Program-made: the position numbers and the translations under genes
Notes under the pieces: model-generated
What the model saw: the letters and a program-made list of their open reading frames with translations, nothing else
Database searches by the model: none
What the model was told of the DNA's origin: nothing
In this document: positions 63,201-64,000 of the stretch, piece after piece
Layout: each line of letters opens with the position of its first letter
Numbering within the stretch: position 1 is the first letter of the stretch
Assembly (NCBI GenBank): GCA_030390025.1
Contig: CM059432.1
Span: 120,096,001-120,160,000, forward strand
DNA length: 64,000 bases
Direction: 5' to 3'
From: Squalus acanthias
Taxonomy: Eukaryota

Positions 63201-63282
63201 AAAAAGCATAAGCGAGGTGAGACATCGCGGGGAAGGCTTACCCACGCGGGAACAGAGCAAGATCAATTTCTGGGCCATTATG
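60271..63282 (-). mobile_element. 5'-truncated CR1, same subfamily as 5976-14169
   Basis: RT pieces 60373..60678, 61231..61644 and 61879..62229. (AAACATCG) tail. Truncated just beyond the MITE. Confidence 0.9.
62533..63276. mobile_element. Harbinger-like MITE (744 bp)
   Basis: TIRs GGGCCGAAAATTGATC and GATCAATTTCTGGGCC. ATT duplicated at 62530-62532 and 63277-63279. Confidence 0.85.
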
Positions 63283-63584
63283 CACATGGAATTTCTGATG
63301 CATTGTACAAATCCCTACTCAATGCATTTTATTCTTTTTGATTATTCTGGCAAAATGAAGTACTTTATTTTACCCCTTTTTAAAAAACATAGAATTATTA
63401 TAATTGAAAAATGAGTACATTATCTGCCCCAAAAATGCTGCTCATAGGATTTTTAAATTCAAGCACTGAAAACAATTGAACTGCATATTACATTACCTCC
63501 TATCACAGGAATATTTGCAGGATGTGGCTTCATATTATGGGGATTGTGAATTAGCTTACACTGATGTTTTTTTTACGCACCTAG

Positions 63585-63997
63585 GAGAAGTACAACTCTC
63601 ATATCTAACTACCGTATGTTGATTAAGAGTAAAAAAGAAGACATATTAATGTCAGGGGTGCAATTAAAAAGTGAGTAGACAGCATGTTGTTAAAATGCAA
63701 ATTGAAATTAGTATTCAGATGCTGGAGGTGTTACTTTGTTAATAATTTCAGGTACCATAGGGTATAGTCAAATTATATTTTACTGTTTAGATAGAGCATT
63801 ATTAAGTTTTCATTATTAACTTTTCAGGTTAGATCCTGCGGTTGTTGTAATATAATGAGACTATAAACAGGTTCCATATGTTGCAATCATCTTTTAAATT
63901 GGGAAAGTAGCAAGACCTTATTGTTTCTGAGCTTGCACAGCAATTAATGATAGCTGGACTTTTGTATGGGACTGATAGCAAACCTATGTGCAATAAA
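63585..63997 (+). other. Candidate host exons 63585-63613 and 63828-~63997 (terminal)
   Basis: Branch site, pyrimidine tract and CTAG acceptor, then GTATGT donor. TTTTCAG acceptor, stop at 63864-63866 and AATAAA at 63992-63997. Confidence 0.3.
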
Positions 63998-64000
63998 ATA

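Overview
Eukaryotic, repeat-saturated 64 kb with no prokaryotic features. The repeat families suggest a vertebrate, probably a cartilaginous fish (inference). Most of the window is transposons, often nested. (1) Many CR1-type LINEs (SGNH-esterase ORF1, APE-RT ORF2), one long RTE LINE and an L2 fragment. (2) One young Gypsy/Ty3 LTR retrotransposon (9630-14051) with an intact 1318-aa gag-pol, a 5-bp TSD and near-identical LTRs. It has no tRNA primer-binding site. Instead, 11 nt at the PBS position are exactly complementary to a site in its own LTR, which suggests Tf1-like self-priming in an element with no visible chromodomain. (3) PIF/Harbinger DNA transposons with a transposase and a convergent three-exon Myb/SANT gene, plus a Myb-only derivative and several MITEs. 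(4) Penelope-like elements with GIY-YIG ends and hammerhead-ribozyme cores, including a ~2-kb palindromic insertion. A few possible host exons lie at both ends of the window but are low confidence. All calls are by eye; no database search was run, and boundaries without a TSD are approximate.
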